DNA of 64,000 nucleotides from Parasitella parasitica NRRL 2501 (Eukaryota; Fungi; Mucoromycota): positions 1 through 64,000 of the forward strand of contig MU619244.1 of the NCBI GenBank assembly GCA_025201805.1, written 5' to 3'. The notes under the pieces were generated by a model that saw nothing but the letters and a program-made list of their open reading frames with translations, did no database searches and had not been told where the DNA came from. Within the stretch, counting starts at the first letter, position 1. Each line of letters starts with the position of its first letter. The position numbers and the translations under genes are program-made. Below, piece after piece: positions 61,019-64,000 of the stretch.

Positions 61019-62413
61019 CTAGTTTAACGCTTGATATTTGTGCTCCCCCTTGGATTTATTTCGCCTCATTTTCACGCTAGTCCCACCATTCAGTGCGATA
61101 TCCTGTTTCCATGCTTCTGCACATTTAGGATCCACTTTCCAGTGACGCTTAAGAGCATCGCTTCGTGCAAATCTTTTAAGACAAAAGTGACATCCATGAG
61201 GCTTTAGACCAGTGTGTTGTAATTCATGTCGTTTCAAATCATGAAAACGAGCAAATGTCCAATGGCAAGGTTTGTACGTGCAGACATGAGGCCTTTCCTG
61301 AGTATGTGTTTTCATGTGTGATTTAAGGTTGTATGGCCGCAAGAATTTTTTGTAGCAGCCGGGTTCTGAGCAAGGAAAGCTAGCTTGGGTATTGTTGGTT
61401 TGTTTGTGTTCTATGCCATTCATGTTATTGTTGCTGCTACTACTGCTGGCGCCGCTGCTGTTACCATAAGAGTCTGATGTCGATGATGTTGATGTTGATG
61501 ATGATACACATGCATCATCCTCTTTTGCAATTATTGTTGTCATCAAATGATTGTTTTGTTGGTGGTGCGAATTGCACTTGATTTCACACAGCTTTCCAAG
61601 TTTGGCACTATTATCCGTTGGATTGGTATCATGTCTAGAGTGGCCAACATAATAAGAATAGAGCTGTTGATTGTTATAAAGCGTATTCATTGGAAATGCT
61701 GGTACAGACGGATAGCTGGTTGATGCCTGATTATTAATGTATGTAGCTTGTTGATTTGTGTAATCATGTCGATATGAAACATATATGCTGTTGTTACTAG
61801 TGCTGTTACTGTCACTGGGTATCATTCCATTTGGAACTCTCGTATAGTACATGTTTGACGAAGCTGCACTTGCAGAATAATCAAGGCCATTAGTGGTATG
61901 AGCATTCATGTCATAATTAACTGCCGCCATTGATCCATGGTTATTACTATGACTATTATTGTTGTATTGAAATAACAGCTTTTCATGATGTGCTTGTGTT
62001 TCAGGTTGAAATAGAGGCATCACCATAGGCTGTTGATAAGCTGACTGGTGTTGTGATGCTGACGTTACAGCAGTGGCACTACCGTTGTTTTTTCCAAACA
62101 CCATAGGATCAATCAATGCTACATGATGGGATGGCGAAGAAAAAGAAGGGGCACAAGAACTCTGTATGTGATTATCATCCTGGTTGTTCATTGGAGTTGA
62201 GCATGGCGAATAGCTATCTGCTCTAGAGAGACCAGATGAAGATGGCGATATCCCAGCCTGTTGCTGCTGATATTGAAACCAGCGCTCGGTTGGATTTTGG
62301 GTCATGTCAACTTCAGTCTGATTGGGGGGGTAGTAAACTTGTGCAGCAGACATGGTATTAGCATAAGAAGATTTGACAGAATCATTTTTGCAATGATTTT
62401 CCAAATTGTTCAT
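61019..62413 (-). CDS. C2H2 zinc-finger transcription factor (Crz1/Ace2-like finger array)
   Basis: [63 protein letters not shown]. Confidence 0.9.
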   Translation of the reverse strand: MNNLENHCKNDSVKSSYANTMSAAQVYYPPNQTEVDMTQNPTERWFQYQQQQAGISPSSSGLSRADSYSPCSTPMNNQDDNHIQSSCAPSFSSPSHHVALIDPMVFGKNNGSATAVTSASQHQSAYQQPMVMPLFQPETQAHHEKLLFQYNNNSHSNNHGSMAAVNYDMNAHTTNGLDYSASAASSNMYYTRVPNGMIPSDSNSTSNNSIYVSYRHDYTNQQATYINNQASTSYPSVPAFPMNTLYNNQQLYSYYVGHSRHDTNPTDNSAKLGKLCEIKCNSHHQQNNHLMTTIIAKEDDACVSSSTSTSSTSDSYGNSSGASSSSSNNNMNGIEHKQTNNTQASFPCSEPGCYKKFLRPYNLKSHMKTHTQERPHVCTYKPCHWTFARFHDLKRHELQHTGLKPHGCHFCLKRFARSDALKRHWKVDPKCAEAWKQDIALNGGTSVKMRRNKSKGEHKYQALN

Positions 62414-64000
62414 ATTAATATGGCAGCGTATAGATTTTTTAAATTAAAGATATAGCAAAGAAGAGAGAAGAAAGAGAAAAGAGATACATGAGCCCATCTT
62501 TTCTGATTTATATATCCAACCTGGTGGAGAGAAAACTATTACTAAATGGAGAACAGGTGTGGAATCCCGGTGGTGGCCCTCTTTAAGATTTACAGCTTTT
62601 TTTGGACATTTGTCGCCGGCGTTTCCTAAACCATATTACCTTGATTTCTCTCCTCCCTTCTCACGTGTATGTAATCTGGTGGAGAAAATATGCAGACACT
62701 TTTTGTGTGCCTTCTTCAAAGCTGCGGCAGAAGAGGGGTTTACAAGGTATGTCTATATGCACATATTTATAGCAATCCGTAACAAGGAAATCACAAGAGA
62801 ATTGAAAAAGCAAGGGATGATGTTCTCCATAGCTGTGAAAGAATGAACTACACGATACATGTCCGTCATATATAGTAATATTTGACAACAATTTATACAG
62901 AGCATTGAGCTTGATGAATAATCTACCATACTATGTCCAATAGAAATGGCATAAACGCCGTAGTTGTACAATACATGCTCATAAAGTTTGAATTTTTGTG
63001 CATACATGGAGGAATCTAATTGTATGTAGTTTGGTCAATGCTCAATCGAAGACTATATCTCGCACTGGTAAAATGTAAGTGGGGCTTTGTTTGTCGCACT
63101 GATTTGAAATGATAAACAACAAATGAGCGCCTCGATGAGCGCTTTCTTTGTTATCCTAGGAAAAAGTTCCAAGCGATGCAAATAACATGTACAAGAATTA
63201 CAATTATATAAAATTTGATGCAAGACGCACATTGTCATATACAGCCTGCGAGTAGCGTCCGTATATTCTGCGGATACATGCTTATTACTATCTAAATCAT
63301 TAAAGAGGATAAAGGACTATCTACAGTCAGTTGCATATTGGCGTTTGTTGGTCCAAACGTCTCGATACATACTAGTAGATGTTTGATATTTTCACATGCA
63401 CTACTACCATGTTGAGCACTTGTTGACATAACCCCTCCCCCCACCCTTCCCTCTTTCTCTCAATTGTGCTAGATTTTGTTTCTTATCTGAATGAATAAAG
63501 CGGTAAACACACGTGCAAGCGCTCTCTCGACTAGACCTTACTCGGACAAGGCTCCAGGTGTGATGAATTGGTTAAACCGCTTCAAGTCCAAGATAAACAT
63601 CACATACTTATTACAGCATTTTCTATACCTATAAAAAGTTTCCGATAAAGAAGTCTGGAACGATACGTGCAATCGCTGAGAAAATGGTCCATGATAACCA
63701 GTTGGATATGTAGGCATTTACAGTTTTAACAAACGAGTCTCAGGCGGTCACATACATGAAAAAAGCTGCTTGTTAAAGGCTTTGTTCTTTTGCTTTTACA
63801 ATACAATTGAAATTAAGGATGGAATCTCAGCAAGCTGCCATTGAGAAGCTTAAAAAAATCACAAAAGGTGTGCATTTTGGTCATGCGAATGCTTTGTACA
63901 TGGTACTCATCTTGGTGTTTAGAGCTCACTTGTTCAATTTGCACATACATAATGGATGATCCAAATGCTTTGCATTGCGGTAATTTTGAACCATGGCAAT

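Noticed and set aside
1-64000. tRNA, rRNA, CRISPR arrays, and the many short antisense ORFs in the track
   Set aside because: No cloverleaf, rRNA or spacer-repeat pattern seen by eye (tRNAscan-SE/Infernal not run); the short ORFs mostly shadow real genes or AT-rich intergenic DNA

Overview
Eukaryotic, intron-rich fungal DNA. The gene set and intron style fit a Mucorales (Mucor/Parasitella-like) genome, which is an inference. Bases 1 to ~14,100 are a nested transposon island. It holds an apparently intact single-ORF Ty3/Gypsy gag-pol with its 5' LTR and a TGGTAGCA primer-binding site, a decayed second Gypsy pol, and several interleaved LTR-like repeats. It also holds a probable LINE ORF1 fragment, a pogo-like remnant and a CACTA/Plavaka-like transposase fragment. 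From ~14.3 kb the window is gene-dense: CaiB/SUGCT CoA-transferase, NUDCD1, RINT1/TIP20, a STYX-like phosphatase, an MFS transporter, a DIA2/Pof3-like F-box protein, an alpha-arrestin, a DUF1752 protein, WS/DGAT, two C2H2 factors, NDC80, UBTD, a LYS5-type PPTase, a secreted polyamine oxidase, and a head-to-head STE12-like / CLA4-type PAK pair. The most notable observations are the STE12-PAK divergent pair (a linkage known from basidiomycete mating-type regions), a STYX ortholog that keeps the catalytic CX5R, and a divergent NDC80. I could not establish a clear new biological system from sequence alone. All family calls are from motif recognition, not database searches, and spliced gene boundaries were read by eye.
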